Shown: positions 19,518-32,859, numbered from the stretch's first letter. The stretch is DNA of 64,000 nt from Mustelus asterias (GCF_964213995.1 NC_135808.1:33790001-33854000); one strand, 5' to 3'. Notes: generated from the sequence alone by a model not told the origin. Program-made: numbers and translations.

Positions 19518-22500
19518 GGGAGAGGCGATGGCCTCGTGGTATTATCGGTAGACTATTAACCCAGAAAACTTGGCTAATGTTCTGGGGACCCGGTTTCAAA
19601 TCTCACCATGGCAGTTGGTGGAATTTAAATTCAATAAAAAATATCTGGAATTAAGAGTCTATTGATGACCATGAAACCATTCTCGATTGTTGAGTAAACC
19701 CATCTGGTTCACTAATGTTCTTCAGGGAAGACAATCTGCCGTCCTTACTGGTCTGGCCTACATGTGACTCCAGAACCACAGCAATGTGGTTGACTCTCAA
19801 GTGCCCTCCAAAATGGCCTAGCAAGCCACTCAGTAGTATCAATTGCTACAAAGGCTCAACAAAGAAATGAAACCAGATGGACTACCTGGCATCGACTTAG
19901 GCATCAGAAAAGAAAACTGCAAAACAAACAGCCCTGTCGACTCTGCAAAGTCCTCCTTACTAACAACTGGGGGCTAGTGCTAAAATTGGGAGAGCTGTCT
20001 CACAGACTAGTCATTCTCGCATCATCATATCTTATAGATAACACCCCAGACACCACCATTACCATCCCTGGATATGTCCTGTCCCACCAGCAGGACAGAC
20101 CTATCAGCACAGTGGTATACAGTCGGGACGGAGTTGCCCTGGGAATCAACATTGACTCCGAACCCCATGAAGTCTCATGGCTTCAGGTTGAACATGGGCA
20201 AGGATATCTCTTACTGGTTACCACATACCATCCTTCTTTGGCTGATGAATCAGTACTCCTCCATGTTTTCCAACACAGGAAGCACTGATGGTAGCAAGGG
20301 CGCAAAATGTACTCTTGGTGGGGGATTTCAATGTTCACCACTGAGGGTGGCTCAGCAGCAGCACGACTGATCGAGCTGGTCGGGACCTAAAGGATATAAC
20401 TGCTAGACTGGGTTGGCACCAGGTGATGAAGGAACCAAAAAGAGGGGAAACATACTTGACCTCATCCTTACCAATCTGCCGGCTGCAGATGCATCTGTCC
20501 ATGACAGTATCAGTAAGAGTGACCACCGCAGAGTGCTTGTGGAGACAAAGTCCTGCCTTCACATTGAGAATAACCTCCCATCGTGTTGTGTGGCACTATT
20601 ACCGGGACAGGCTTCAAACAGATCTAGCAACTCAAGACTGGGCATCCATGAGGCGCTGTGGGCCATCAAGAGCAGTGGAACTGTACTCCAGCGCAATCTG
20701 CAAACCCATGGCCCAGCATATTCCCCACTCAACCATTATCATCAAGCCAAGAGATCAATACTGGTTCAATGGAGAGTGCAGGAGCAGCACCAGGCATATC
20801 TAAAAATGAGGTGTCAACCTGGTGAAGCTACCAAACAGGTTACTTGCATGCCAAATGGCAAAAACAGCAAGTGAGAGACAGAGCTAAGCGATCCCACAAC
20901 CAATGGATCAAATCTAAGCTCTGCAGTTCTGCCACATCCAGCTGTGAATGGTGGTGGACAATTAAACAATTCACCAGAGAAAGAGACTCCACAAACATCC
21001 TCATCCTCAGTGATGGAGGAGCCCAGCCATTGACTCTGTCGACACTTCCCGCGGCCTCGGCAAAGCAGCCAGCATAATTAAGGACCCCACGCACCCCGGA
21101 CATTCTCTCTTCCACCTTCTTCCGACGGGAAAAAGATACAAAAGTCTGAGGTCACGTACCAACCTACTCAAGAACAGTTTCTTCCCTGCTGCTGTCAGAC
21201 TTTTGAATGGACTTACCTTGCATTAAGTTGATCTTTCTCTACACCCTACCTATGACTGTAACACTACATTCTGCACTCTCTTGTTTCCTTCTCTATGAAC
21301 AGTATGTTCTGTCTGCATAGCACGCAGGAAACAATACTTTTCACTGTATGTTAATACATGTGACAATAAATCAAATCAAAAAAAAAAGATAAGGCTGAAG
21401 CATTTACAGCAATCTTCAGCCAGAAGTGCTGAGTAGATGATCCATCTCAGCCTCCTCCAGTGGTCTCCAGCATCACAGATGCCCATCTCCAGCCAATTTG
21501 ATGCACTCCATATGATATCAAGAAATGGTTGGAGGCACTGGATACTACAAAGGCAATGGGCCCTGATAACATTCCGGCAATAGTACTGAAGACTTGTGCT
21601 CCAGAACTTGCCGCTCCCCTAGCCAAGCTCTTCCAGTGCAGTTATAACACTGGCATCTACCCAACAATGTGGAAAATTGCCCAGGTATATCCTGTACACA
21701 AAAAACAGCTCAAATCCAACCCAGCCAATTACCGCCCAATCAGTCTACTCTCGATCATCAGTAAAGTGATGAAGGGGTCATTAACAGTGCTATCAAGCAG
21801 CACCTGCTCAGCAATAACCTGCTCAGTGATGCCCAGTTTGGGTTTCACCAGGGTCACTCAGCTCCTGACCTCATTACAGCCTTGGTTCAAATACGGACAA
21901 AAGAGCTGAGCTTCAGAGCTGAGAGTGGCAGTCCTTGACATCAAGGCCGCATTCGACCGAAGGAGACCTAGCAAAACTGGAATTAATGGGTATCAGGGGG
22001 GAAAACTCTCCCCTGGTTGGAGTCATACCTGGTACATAGGAAGATGGTTGTGGAAGGTCATTCACTCCTGGACATCTCTGCAAGAGTCCCTCAGGGTAGT
22101 GTCCTGGGCCCAATCACCTTCAGCTGCTTCATCAATGACCTTCCCTCCATCATAAGGTCAGAAGTAGGGATGTTCGTCGATGATTGCACAATGTTCAGCA
22201 CCATTTGCGATTCCTCAGATACTGAAGCAGTCCATGTTCTAATGCAACAAGGTCTGGATATTATCCAGGCTTGGGCTGACAAGTGACAAGTAACATTCGC
22301 GCCACAGAAATGCCAGGTAATGATCATCAATAATAAGAGACACTCGAACCACCGCCCCTTGACATTCAATGGTGTTACCATCACTGAATCCCCCACTGCC
22401 AACATCCCTGGGGTTACCATTGACCAGAAACTCAACTGGACTCACCTCATAAACACAGTGGCTACAAGAGCAGGTCAGAGGCTAGGAATACTGCAGCGAG

Positions 22501-23063
22501 GTAACTCATTTCCTAACTCCCCAAAGCCTGCCCACCATCGACAAGGCACAGGTCAGGAGTGTGATGGAATACTCTCCATGGATAGGTGCAGCTCCAACAA
22601 CACTCAAGAAGCTTGACACCGTCCAGGACAAATTAGCCTGTTTGACTGGCATCACATCTACAAACATCTACTCCCTCCATCACCGACGTTCAGTAGCAGC
22701 AGTGTGTACTATCTACAAGATGCACTGCAGCAATTCACCAAAGATCCTTAGTCAGCACTTCCAAACCCACGACCACTTCCATTTAGAAGGACAAGGGCAG
22801 CAGATACATGGGAACAGCACCACCTGCAATTTCCCCACCAAGTCACTCACCATCCTGACTTGGAAATATTTTACCGTTCCTTCACTGTCGCTGGGTCAAA
22901 ATCCTGGAATTCCCTCCCTAATGACATTGTGGGACAACCCACAGCACATGGACTGCAGCGATTCAAGGCAGCAGCTCACCATCACCTTCTCAAGGGCAAC
23001 TAGGGATGGGCAATAAATGCTGGCCAGCCAGCGCTGCCCATGTCCCATGAATGAATAAAAAAA
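19518..23063 (+). mobile_element. decayed CR1/L2-group LINE (APE + RT) with a tRNA/Deu-SINE-like 5' leader
   Basis: A box TGGCCTCGTGG 19529-19539 and B-box-like GTTTCAAATC at ~19593. APE motifs (GGFQC = GDFN frame-shifted, LDLILTN, SDH) and RT motifs (KAMGPDNIP, NYRPISLLS, VPQGSVLGP, MFVDD). Tail ATGAATGAATAAAAAAA. Confidence 0.88.
21027..21388 (+). mobile_element. Rex1/Babar LINE 3' fragment nested in the LINE above
   Basis: Near-identical to 25239-25594 and 63660-63978; (AATCA)n tail. Confidence 0.85.
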
Positions 23064-23212
23064 CTCTCTTGCACTCTCCCTCATCCTTTCCTCTGGCTGC
23101 AATCTCTCCTTCTTACTCTCCCTCACTTTCTTAGTCTCTTGCTTTTTCCCTCTCCATACTGTCTCCTACTCCCTTTCACTACCTCTCTTACTCTCCATCG
23201 CACTCCACAGAT

Positions 23213-23672
23213 GGGAATCTCCCAAAAAAATTCGAAGTGTTGAAACTGGAGTAAATCCTGCTGGTTTTTTCAGCAGACTTTCAAAATGAATCTCCCACTC
23301 TGTGCACTGCAGAGTGCACTGACATGAATCTCACGGAAAGTCAGTGGGCAGAACCTATTCCCGCTGGAGGGACCAGCAGCATAGCACTGAGCGGGCCACT
23401 GTGCATGCGCCAATCTGTCAGCGCTGAGATTGGCGCATGCAGTGATCGAGATTTCAGTCCTGGGCCCACTAATTAGATGTAAATTCTAATTTGAATAAAT
23501 TATACAGCCCTGCACCGATTTCTGGCGTGGAGCTGACGGCGCCGGGAATCTGGAGGCCAGAGACTCACGCAGGCCATAGCTCCCGGCGGAAAGTCTGTGA
23601 AACAGCCTCCGCTTGAGTCTCCCGGCCAGTTGCGCTGCTAAAGCAGCACAGCAGACTGGGAGAATCGCCCCC
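23213..23672. mobile_element. Harbinger-type MITE (internally deleted)
   Basis: GGGAATCTCCCAAAAAAATT...GGGAGAATCGCCCCC termini shared with 30406-31468 and 55160-56218. Confidence 0.7.
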
Positions 23673-24369
23673 CACTTCTCATTCACCTGTATCTCCTGCC
23701 TCATTCATCAAATCCTCACCCTCTTTCTCTCTCCCCCATTTACTTTCCAGAATTTCCTTAGAACCTCTCCTCCTCTCTTTCATGCTTGAAGACACTCCTT
23801 AAAATCTACACCCATGACCAAGATTATCGTCATTTCTCAAAATATCACATGCTTCAATGTCAAATATTGCTTTATAAAACTTCTGTGAACTGCCTTGGGC
23901 CACTTAATTACATTTAAAATACTATATGAATAAAAGCTGCTGTTACTGTTATATTTACTATAGTTTAGAGACTGAATCCTCACTGGTGAGTGTTATATTT
24001 ACTATAGTTTGGATATTGGAGGCGAAGATTTCCTATTTTTTTTCGGCAGAGTGGTACAGCCGGCAGGAAAAACAGTGTGGAAGTCACAGGCCCCAACAAT
24101 GTCTTTCTCTGCTGTATCGTTCACCTGACAGATGATAAACAGTGAAGGGGCATGCCCCACAACGTCATGTTGGTTGGGTGTGCTCTGACTGAGTCCATCT
24201 GTCAGCAACTTAGGTTTTAAATTCCTGAACAACAACCCCCCCACCCCCCTCCCCCCTCCCCGCCTCCTCCAAAATCCTCCCTCCTCCCCAGGCATTGCCC
24301 TGGGGCAATGCTAGGAGGCTGTGCCACGGGGCAGTCCAAGGCATAATCCTCTTCCCCCAATTGCCTGGA

Positions 24370-25594
24370 TCCACTACTGTTCGCCTACCGCTGCCACAGG
24401 TCCACAGCAGATGCCATCTCCTTGGGCCTACACTCAGACCTGAAACATCTAGATAACAAATACACATATGTCAGACTCCTATTCATAGACTACAGCTCAG
24501 CCTTTAACACCATTATTCCTATGAGACTCATCTCCAAACTTCATGGCCTGGGGCTCAGCTTCTCCCTCTGCAACTGGATCCTAGACTTCCTAAACCACAG
24601 GCCACAGTCAGTAAGGATAGGCAACGACACCTCCTCCACAATCATCCTCAACACTGGTGCTCCACAAGGCTGTGTCCTCAGCCCCTTACCATACTCATTA
24701 TACACCTACAACTGTGTAGCCAAATTCCCCTCCAACTCAATTTTCAAGTTTGCTGATGATACCACTGTAGTGGGTCGGATCTCAAACAATGATGAGGCGG
24801 AATACAGGAAAATGATAGAGAATCTGGTGAACTGGTGCAATGATAATAATCTCTCCCTCAATGTCAACAAAATGAAGGAGATAGTCATCAACTTCAGGAA
24901 GCGTAGTGCGGGACATGCCCCTATCTACATCAATGGGGGTGAAGTAGAAATGGTTGAGAGCTTCAAGTTTTTAAGTGTCCAGATCACCAACAACCTGTCC
25001 TGGTCCGTCCATGCTGACACTATAGTTAAGAAAGCCCTCCAATGCCTCGACTTTCTCAGAAGACTAATGAAATTTGGCATTTCCCCAACGACTCTCACTT
25101 ACTTTTACAGATGCACCATGGAAAGCATTCTTTCTGATTGTATCACAGCTTAGTATGGCTTCTGCTCTGTTCAAGACCACAAGAAACTACATAGGGTCAT
25201 GAATGAAGTCCAGTCCATCACTCAAAACATCCTCCATCCATTGACACTGTCTACACTTCCCGCTGCCTCAGAAAAGCAGCCAGCATAATTAAGGGTCCCA
25301 CGCACCCCAGACATACTCTTTTCCGCCTTCTTCTGTCGGGAAAAAGTTACAAAAGTCTGAGGACATATACCAACCGGCTCAAGAACAGTTTCTTCCCTGC
25401 TACCATCAGACTTTTGAATGGACTTACCTCACATTAAGTTGATCTTTCTCTACACCCTAGCTATGACTGTAACACTACATTCTGCACTCTCTCCTTTCTT
25501 TCGCTATATACGGTATACTTTGTCTGTATAGCATGCAAGAAACAATTCTTTTCACTGTATACTAATACATGTGACAATAATAAATCAAATCAAA
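24370..25594 (+). mobile_element. 5'-truncated Rex1/Babar LINE (RT)
   Basis: ORF 24422-25153: [46 protein letters not shown]; (AATCA)n tail. Confidence 0.9.
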
Positions 25595-25894
25595 TAATAA
25601 ATTAAATTGAAGTTCAGCGAAGAGAGATTCTCTGGTGTGGTTTATATTACTGGAATGTCTGAGAAATTGAGTATGTCAACGTACACAATTTCACTGAAAA
25701 TCCAAAATGTTCTTTCTCAAACAGATTAAAATTAAAAATATACAAAGAGATTTAAAACATGCAGTCACCCACCCCACGCAGTTAGTCAGACTAGGTAGAC
25801 CGCCGGTTAACAGACTAGACCAATTATTCTTCTTCTGGACTTCCCCTGTTGCTTGTCTCGCTCCAACAAAAGAATGAAAAATTCTAGTGGGAGG

Positions 25895-28800
25895 TCCCTC
25901 CATCCGTGGTTAAACTAAAAAATGTTAAAGATAATATCCAACTTTAAGAAAAAACATATATTTGCACAAAGACAGTAGTAGGTCAGAAGATTGGACAGAA
26001 TGTAAAGAGCAACAAAGAATGACAAAAATATTAATGAGGAGAGATTAATTAGCATTTGAGAAGAAGTTAGCGAGAAATTTTAAAGACAGACAGTGAGAGT
26101 TTTTATAGATATTTAAAAAGGAAAAGTTAACAAAGTGAGTGTTGGTGCCATAGCAAGTAAATCAGGGGAATTAATAATGGAAAATAAGGTGAAGGGAAAT
26201 TAATTGAACAGGTACTTTGCATTGGATGTAGCGGATACAAGTAACATCCCAGAAATGGCTGTAACTTGGGAAGGAAGGAGGAATTCAAGAAAATTTACAA
26301 TGGACCATAGGGATGTGGTACTTAACAAGTTGTTGGAACTGCAGGTTGACAAGTTCCCAGGTCCTGAGGAATTTCATACTAGGATTTTAAAAGAAGTGGC
26401 GAGCGAAATAGTCCTTTCCTTGGAATTGCCACCTTGCCATGGTGGAGAGGCTTGAACATTCTGTTAATCCCAAGAGTGATGCTATCGGGAGTCTTAAACT
26501 CCTGGCAGAGTCATCCATGACATCAGCCTTTGATGGAGAAAACACTTCAAGGAACTCCTAAACTGTGATACAATCATGGATGAGAACATGTTTGAGGAAA
26601 TCCCCCAACTCCCCATCAAAGATGATCTTGGACTCCCACCAAGCTTGAATAAAGTCAAAGTCATCAATAAACACATGAAGAATGGAAAAGCCGTAGGAGT
26701 GAATGGGATTCCAGCGAAGATTTTCAAACCTGGAGGAGGACAGATCACTCATTATCTCCATCAACTGTTCCTGAAAATCTGGGACTGAGAAGAAATTCCT
26801 GCTGACTTCAGGGATGCTATCATTGCCCCCATCTCAAGAAAGGAGACAAAGCAGACTGTGAGAACTACCAAACTATCTCCCTACTCTCCACAGCGCTGGG
26901 AAAATCATCGCCTAAATCCTCACTAGCTGCCTTCTTCCAATCTCCAAAGAAATCCTTCTGGAAAACCAGTGTGGCTTCCGACCAAACTGTGGAACAATGG
27001 ACATGATTTTCACTGCTCGACAACTTCAAGTGAAATGCCAGGAACAATATCAACCACTCTACATGGCCTTCATTGATCTGACCAAGTCAATTGGGAAGTG
27101 CTATGGAAGACCCCATCAAAGGCCGGCTGTCCAGGGAAATCAACATCCTCCAACTCCTCCATGGCAAGATGTCAATGACAGTCCTCACCAATGGAAATAT
27201 GACAGAAAATTTTGAAGTCAAGGCTGGAGTCAAACAGGGATACGTCACACCCGCATCCTTTTCTGCATCTTCATCGCCACCATCCTTCACCACCACCATC
27301 CTTTCCTTGTCAAGAACAAGCTTCCCAGTGGAGTGGATATCTACAAGATGGATGGGAAACTTTTCAACCTCAACGAGTTGAAATCCAAAATGAAAATGAC
27401 ACTGACTTCATTCATGGAACTACAGTACGTGGATGACAATGCCATCTCCGCACTCTCAGAAGAGAATCTCCAAGCCATGCTTGACACCTTCACGGAAGCA
27501 GACCGAAGAATCAGTCTCAGCCTCAACTTCAAGAAGATTCAAGATCCATTAACAACCCACCCCAGGGCAAGATCTGGTCTCTTCCACCATCAAGATCAAT
27601 AAAGAAACTCTCCAAAACTTGGAACATTTCCCCTACCTGGGGAGTCATCTCTCATCTAAGACTTAAATTATTGCGGAGATCCAACATCGTATCCAATCCA
27701 CAAGTGACTAAACATGAGAATCCTTGATGACTGCGACATCCGTGCTGACACCAAGATCCTCGTGTATAAGGTAGTCATCCTCCCAACTCTTCTATACGGC
27801 TTAGAAACTTGGACCACATACAGACACTACCTCAAGGCCCTGGAGAGGTACCATCAATGCTGTCCAAGACGGATTGTCCACATCTACTGGGAGGACAGGC
27901 CTACTAATATCAGCATTCTTGAAGGAGCCAGGAGCACCAGCATTGAGACCATGATCATCCAAAACCAACTCCGCTGGGCCGTCAATGTGCTTAGAATGTC
28001 AGAGTCCCAACAGCCAAAGCAAATCTTCTTTGTCCAGCTCAAAGAAGGCTCTTGAACTAAGAAGACAAAGGAAGTGCTTAATAGATATTGTGAAGGCTGA
28101 CCTTAAGAAATGCAACATAAACATCAATGCCTAGGAGATCCTTGCTCAGAAGAGACCTGCTTGGAGGAACCTCTTGATTGAAGGGACACATTCTTTGAGG
28201 GCTCCCTTTGGCAAGCGGAAGCCCTGAAAAGGAGCCTGAGAAAGGAATACCAGCGGTCTAGAATCCAAGCACCAAACCCACCTCCCGACAACGTCCGTCA
28301 AGCATGTGATTGAAGATGTAGCTATAGGATCGGACTTATCAGTCATGCAAGGACTGACAGAATCCATGGCCAATAATAGAGTTTCTTAGGTGGACTATCA
28401 TACTCATTAATGAGTGATCACCGAAGAAGACTGAGATAGTTGATGCATTTGTTTTAATTTTCCAAAATTCACTTGATTCAGGGAATGTTCTTTAGATTCA
28501 AAATGTAACTCCTTTATTCCACAAGGAGGGAGACAGCAAACAGGAAACTATAGGCTAGTTAGCTTATCTGTCATCAGGGAAATGTTGGAGGCTTTACTAA
28601 TGACGTTATAGCAGGGCACTTGGCAAAATTCAAGATGATTCGGCAGAATTAATATGGTTTTGTGAAATCATATTTAACCAACTTATTGGAGTTTCTGAGG
28701 AAGTGACATGTGGAACCGGTGGATGTACTGTACTGAAGACTTATGGAAGGCATTCAAGAAGGTGTCTCATCAAATATTATTGATAAAAATAAAAGATCCT

Positions 28801-29208
28801 GGTGTAGAGGGTAGCATACTGGCATAGATAGTAGATTGGCTAGCAAAGAGAAAACAGAGAGTAGGTATTTTCTGGTTGGCAGAATGTGATGAGTGGTGTA
28901 TCACTGCAGGAATTTTAACTCTTCATAATTTATATAGATGAATTGGATGAAGGGACTGATGCTGTGGTTCCTAAATTTTCTGATGACACAAAAATAGGTA
29001 GGAAAGTAAAGAGGAGCTGCAAAGGCAAATAGATAGATTATGCGAGTGAGCAAAGATCTGGCAAATGCAGCATAAGATGTAGAAATGTGAAGTTGTCCAT
29101 TTTGGTAGGGCAAATAAAAGAAAGAAGCATATGATCTAATTGGTGAGAGATTGCAGAGCTCAGAGATGCAGAGGGATCTGAGTGCAGTAGTGCATGAATT
29201 GCAAAAGG
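25895..29208 (+). mobile_element. old CR1 LINE interrupted by the RTE element
   Basis: DKFPGPEEFHTRILKEVASEIV continues after 28433 (EIVDAFVLIFQNSLDSG); decayed RT motifs to ~29200. Confidence 0.75.
26413..28432 (+). mobile_element. RTE-clade LINE, internally deleted
   Basis: MDMIFTARQLQ.KC.EQ.QPLYMAFIDLTK, ELQYVDD, KILVYKVVILPTLLYG.ETWT; GAAGAAGA tail; imperfect TSD GAAATAGT/GAGATAGT. Confidence 0.88.
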
Positions 29209-30405
29209 CTGCCGAATGGGTCATCGGACTCGAAATGTTGGCTCTATTCTCTCTCCATAGATGCTGTCAGTCCTGCTGAGATTTTCCAGCATTTTCTGTT
29301 TTTGATCACCAGGGTGTGTGCTCAGTCTTTGATTGGTCCATGTCCAACTCTGCTTCGGCAATATCGTTTTGTTTTCTCACATGACCCTCCTGTATGCAGT
29401 TGTTTAGGAACAGGGAGTCTGGTCCTCCATCTGTTGCTACTTCAATGCCTTATTTGTTTTCGAAAGCAGTTGTGCAACTCCCCCTGGCCCCACCAACCCC
29501 AATAAGTCATGAGACATTTGCATTTATCAAAGGAAAACACAACCACAGCAAACTCCTTCAGCAGTATTTTTTCTTGAATCTCAGGCATTCTTTTAAGCAA
29601 GTTTATACAGCAATTATGAAAAACATTCTTAAATTACTAATAGTTTAATAACTGTACCCACACTATTGTGAGTTATATTTATTTGCACTCAGTGACTGCA
29701 ATCTCACAGGTTGTTTTAAATTTAACATTGATTAGGACTGCAACCTTCAGGCGAGTACTCTATCACAGCAAGGAAGAAGGATTCCAGGAAGAGGATAAAT
29801 TAACCATGTTAACCAAGGAAGTTAAGGATAGTATTAAACTTAATGTGACAGAGTTGAATGGTAAGCCAGAGGACTGGGAAAGTTTTAAAGGCCTATAAAA
29901 GGTGAGCAACAAAAAAGAGAGAAGATAAACTATGAGAGTAAACTAGCAAGTAATGTAAAAGCAGACAGTAAGAGCTTCTTTAAATATATAGAAAGGAAGA
30001 GAGAGACCAACGTGAATATAGGCCCCTTTGAGAATGAGACTGGGGACATAATAATGAGGCAGCACAAAATGGTGGAGGAGTTAAATAAATACTTTTCATC
30101 AGTCCTCGCCCTTGAACACACGAATAACATTTCAAATATACTAAATAATCAAGGGGTAAAATGGGAGGAGGAAGTAAATACAATAACTATCACTAGAGAC
30201 AACGTACAAGGGAAACGAATAGGGCTAAAGGCCAATAATTCCCCTGGACCTGATGGGTTGCATCCAGGATATCAAAGGAAGTAACTACAGAGATAGTGGA
30301 TGCAATATGTAGTAATCTTCAAAGAATTCTTAAATTCAGAAAAAGTCCCAGAGGATTAGAAAACTGCCAATGTTTCCTTTATTCAAATAGGGAGACAAAA
30401 ACAAG

Positions 30406-32298
30406 GGGGCGGTTCTCCCATCCCGCTGCACTGATTTTTAGCGCATGGGATCGGGAGATTTGGGCGGTGTCTGATCCGCTGGATCCGCACTGGGCGTCCG
30501 GCCCCAAGTGTCTCCCCCAGTGCTGTCAGCTCCGTGCCGGAAATCAGCGCAGAGCTGCATAATTTATGTTAATGAAAATTTACATATCACTTAAAGGCTA
30601 TTTGCAGGCCCAGGACTGAAATCTCAGGGTCCACTAGTTTATAGTAGCTCCCAACTTTTGGGGAGCTGGCGGCCCGACCCCGCTGGAGTGAAGGCGGGGG
30701 GGGGGAGAAATCAGGGCCCCACAGAAGGTTGGGCACTGGGGGTGGTGCCCCTTGGGCATTGGCACCCCTTGGGCATTGGCAGAGCTAGCCTGGGCCCCCG
30801 GCACTGTCCAAAGGGCAAATTGCCAATGCCCAGTGGGCACCTTGGCACTGCCCACCAGGCATGGGGCAGTGCCAAGGAGGTGGGGCCTAATGGGAAGGGC
30901 CTGATGGGGGCTGGGCCTCCAGGGGCAATCTGTGGGGGTGAGGGTCCTGCTGCCACTCTGCAGTTGGGCTGAGTGACAGGAGGGAGGCCAGCGATCAGGG
31001 CTGGCCATCGGTGTGGGGGGGGGGGGGGGGGCGGTTGGGAGGCCGGAGCAGCCTGCTGGAAGGGGTCGGGACTGCCAGGTTGGGGGGGGGCGGGGGTGGA
31101 AATCGGTTGGGGGGGGTTGCAAGAGATCAGGAGTGGGGGGATGGGTGAGGCTGGGCCCAGGCATGCTTGCAGGGGGTGGGGGGCGGTGTTGTTGGGGGCA
31201 AAAATTGGACCGATGAGGCAGGGCTCGCAGGGCTGGCCAACAATCAGGAGGCCGGCAGACAGGAGCGACTGCGCATGCACTGACCTCGGCACTGACCGAT
31301 CAGCGCAGTAGCCTGCTCAGCCACTGATTTTTTACATGATTCATGTTAGTGCACTCTGCAGTGTTAGAGTGTGAGGGATTCTTCTCTGAACTCCCACTGA
31401 AAAAACCAGTATGATTTGCTCCAGTTTTCACACAAATTCAACACTTAGAATTTTTTTGGGAGAATCGCATGTGATGCTAAAAATCTGACTGGCACTTCGT
31501 GCCAAATGATTTATAATGTTCCTGGCCCCTCTCCAATGGCATGTACCACTTCACACCCAGAAAGGGCACAAGGCCGATTAGCATATTTGAATTAGTATTT
31601 ACATATGCATGGCCCAACTGAAACCCAACGCATGGAACCTTCCAGCCTTTGGGCGCAGCGCCATCATGGCAAGAATCAGTATAGGTCTCTACTGGTGCAG
31701 ATCTGGCGTGATGGTCATGCCAGGGGGGCTCGGAGGCCATCAAGGGTGATTGGGGGCATACCTGGGTAGTGCCCATTGGGCACCCCAGCAGTGGCCACAA
31801 GGTAATGCTAGTTGGACACTGCCAGTGTGCCAGGAAGAGTGCCAGGGGATGGGGCCTGGGTGAGGGTCATAATGGGGTGGGAGAGGCTATGTAAAAGGGC
31901 CGTGCAAGGGTGGATCATGGAGCGGGTCTTGATGGAGGATGTCAGGGGGGCCTTGATGTCTTGATGCAGGTGACCTGTGTTGCAAGAGGGTGGGGTGTAG
32001 AGGGGGAAAATATGCTGCCAATGAAGAGGGTGGGGAGTTCCCTACATCAGTGGGGGTGGGGAGGTGAGGGGATCTCCCAGTGCACTGTGATATCGAGACA
32101 CCCTTGCAAAATGGCACCAGTTCAGCAGTGTGTTTAGGCCCTGCCACCCTCAGTACTGGCCCAAAACTCCCAACTGTCCAAAAAAGTGACTGAGTGTTGA
32201 AAGATTGCAACGTAGGCCGCACCTGAGAGATCGCCGTGGTTCACCCCATTTTTCCTCACTGTTATGACACTTGGAAACTTTTTGGGAAACCTCCGCCC
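30406..32298. mobile_element. composite of two GC-rich Harbinger-type MITEs fused at ~31468
   Basis: GGGGCGGTTCTCCC start; GGGAGAATCGC at 31458-31468; second end GGGAAACCTCCGCCC; body homologous to 55160-56218. Confidence 0.7.
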
Positions 32299-32859
32299 AA
32301 GATAATCAAGCAGAGTCAGCAGGGCCGATTCTCCCAGCCCGCTGTGCTGCTCCAGGAGACATCAGCGGAGACTGTTTAGCGGGCTCCTCGCTGGGCTTCC
32401 ACGCATCTCCAGGGCCAGGATTTCTGAAGCATTCTCTGGTGCGGGACTGATTTCAATGTTTAAATCGCCATTTAAATTTTATTAGTGGGCCCGGTACTGA
32501 GGTGGTAATGAGCAGCATATATAAGGGGGAACCAATAGATGTAATATAATTTGATTTTCAAAATGTGTTCAATAAGGTACCGCACAAAAGGCTACTTAAT
32601 AAAAGAACAGCCCATGGTATTGGGGTAATATATTAGCATGGATAGAGGATTGGCTAACTGATAAAAACAGGGTTGGGATAAGAGAGGCATTTTCAGGATG
32701 GCAACCTGTAACTAGTGGAATACTACAGGGATCAGTGTTGGGGGCTTAATTATTTAGAATTCATACTCATGACTTGGACGAGGGAAGTGAATGTATTCTT
32801 GCCATGATTGCACATGACACAAAAATAGGTGGGAAGGCAGGTGGTGAGGATGACACAAA

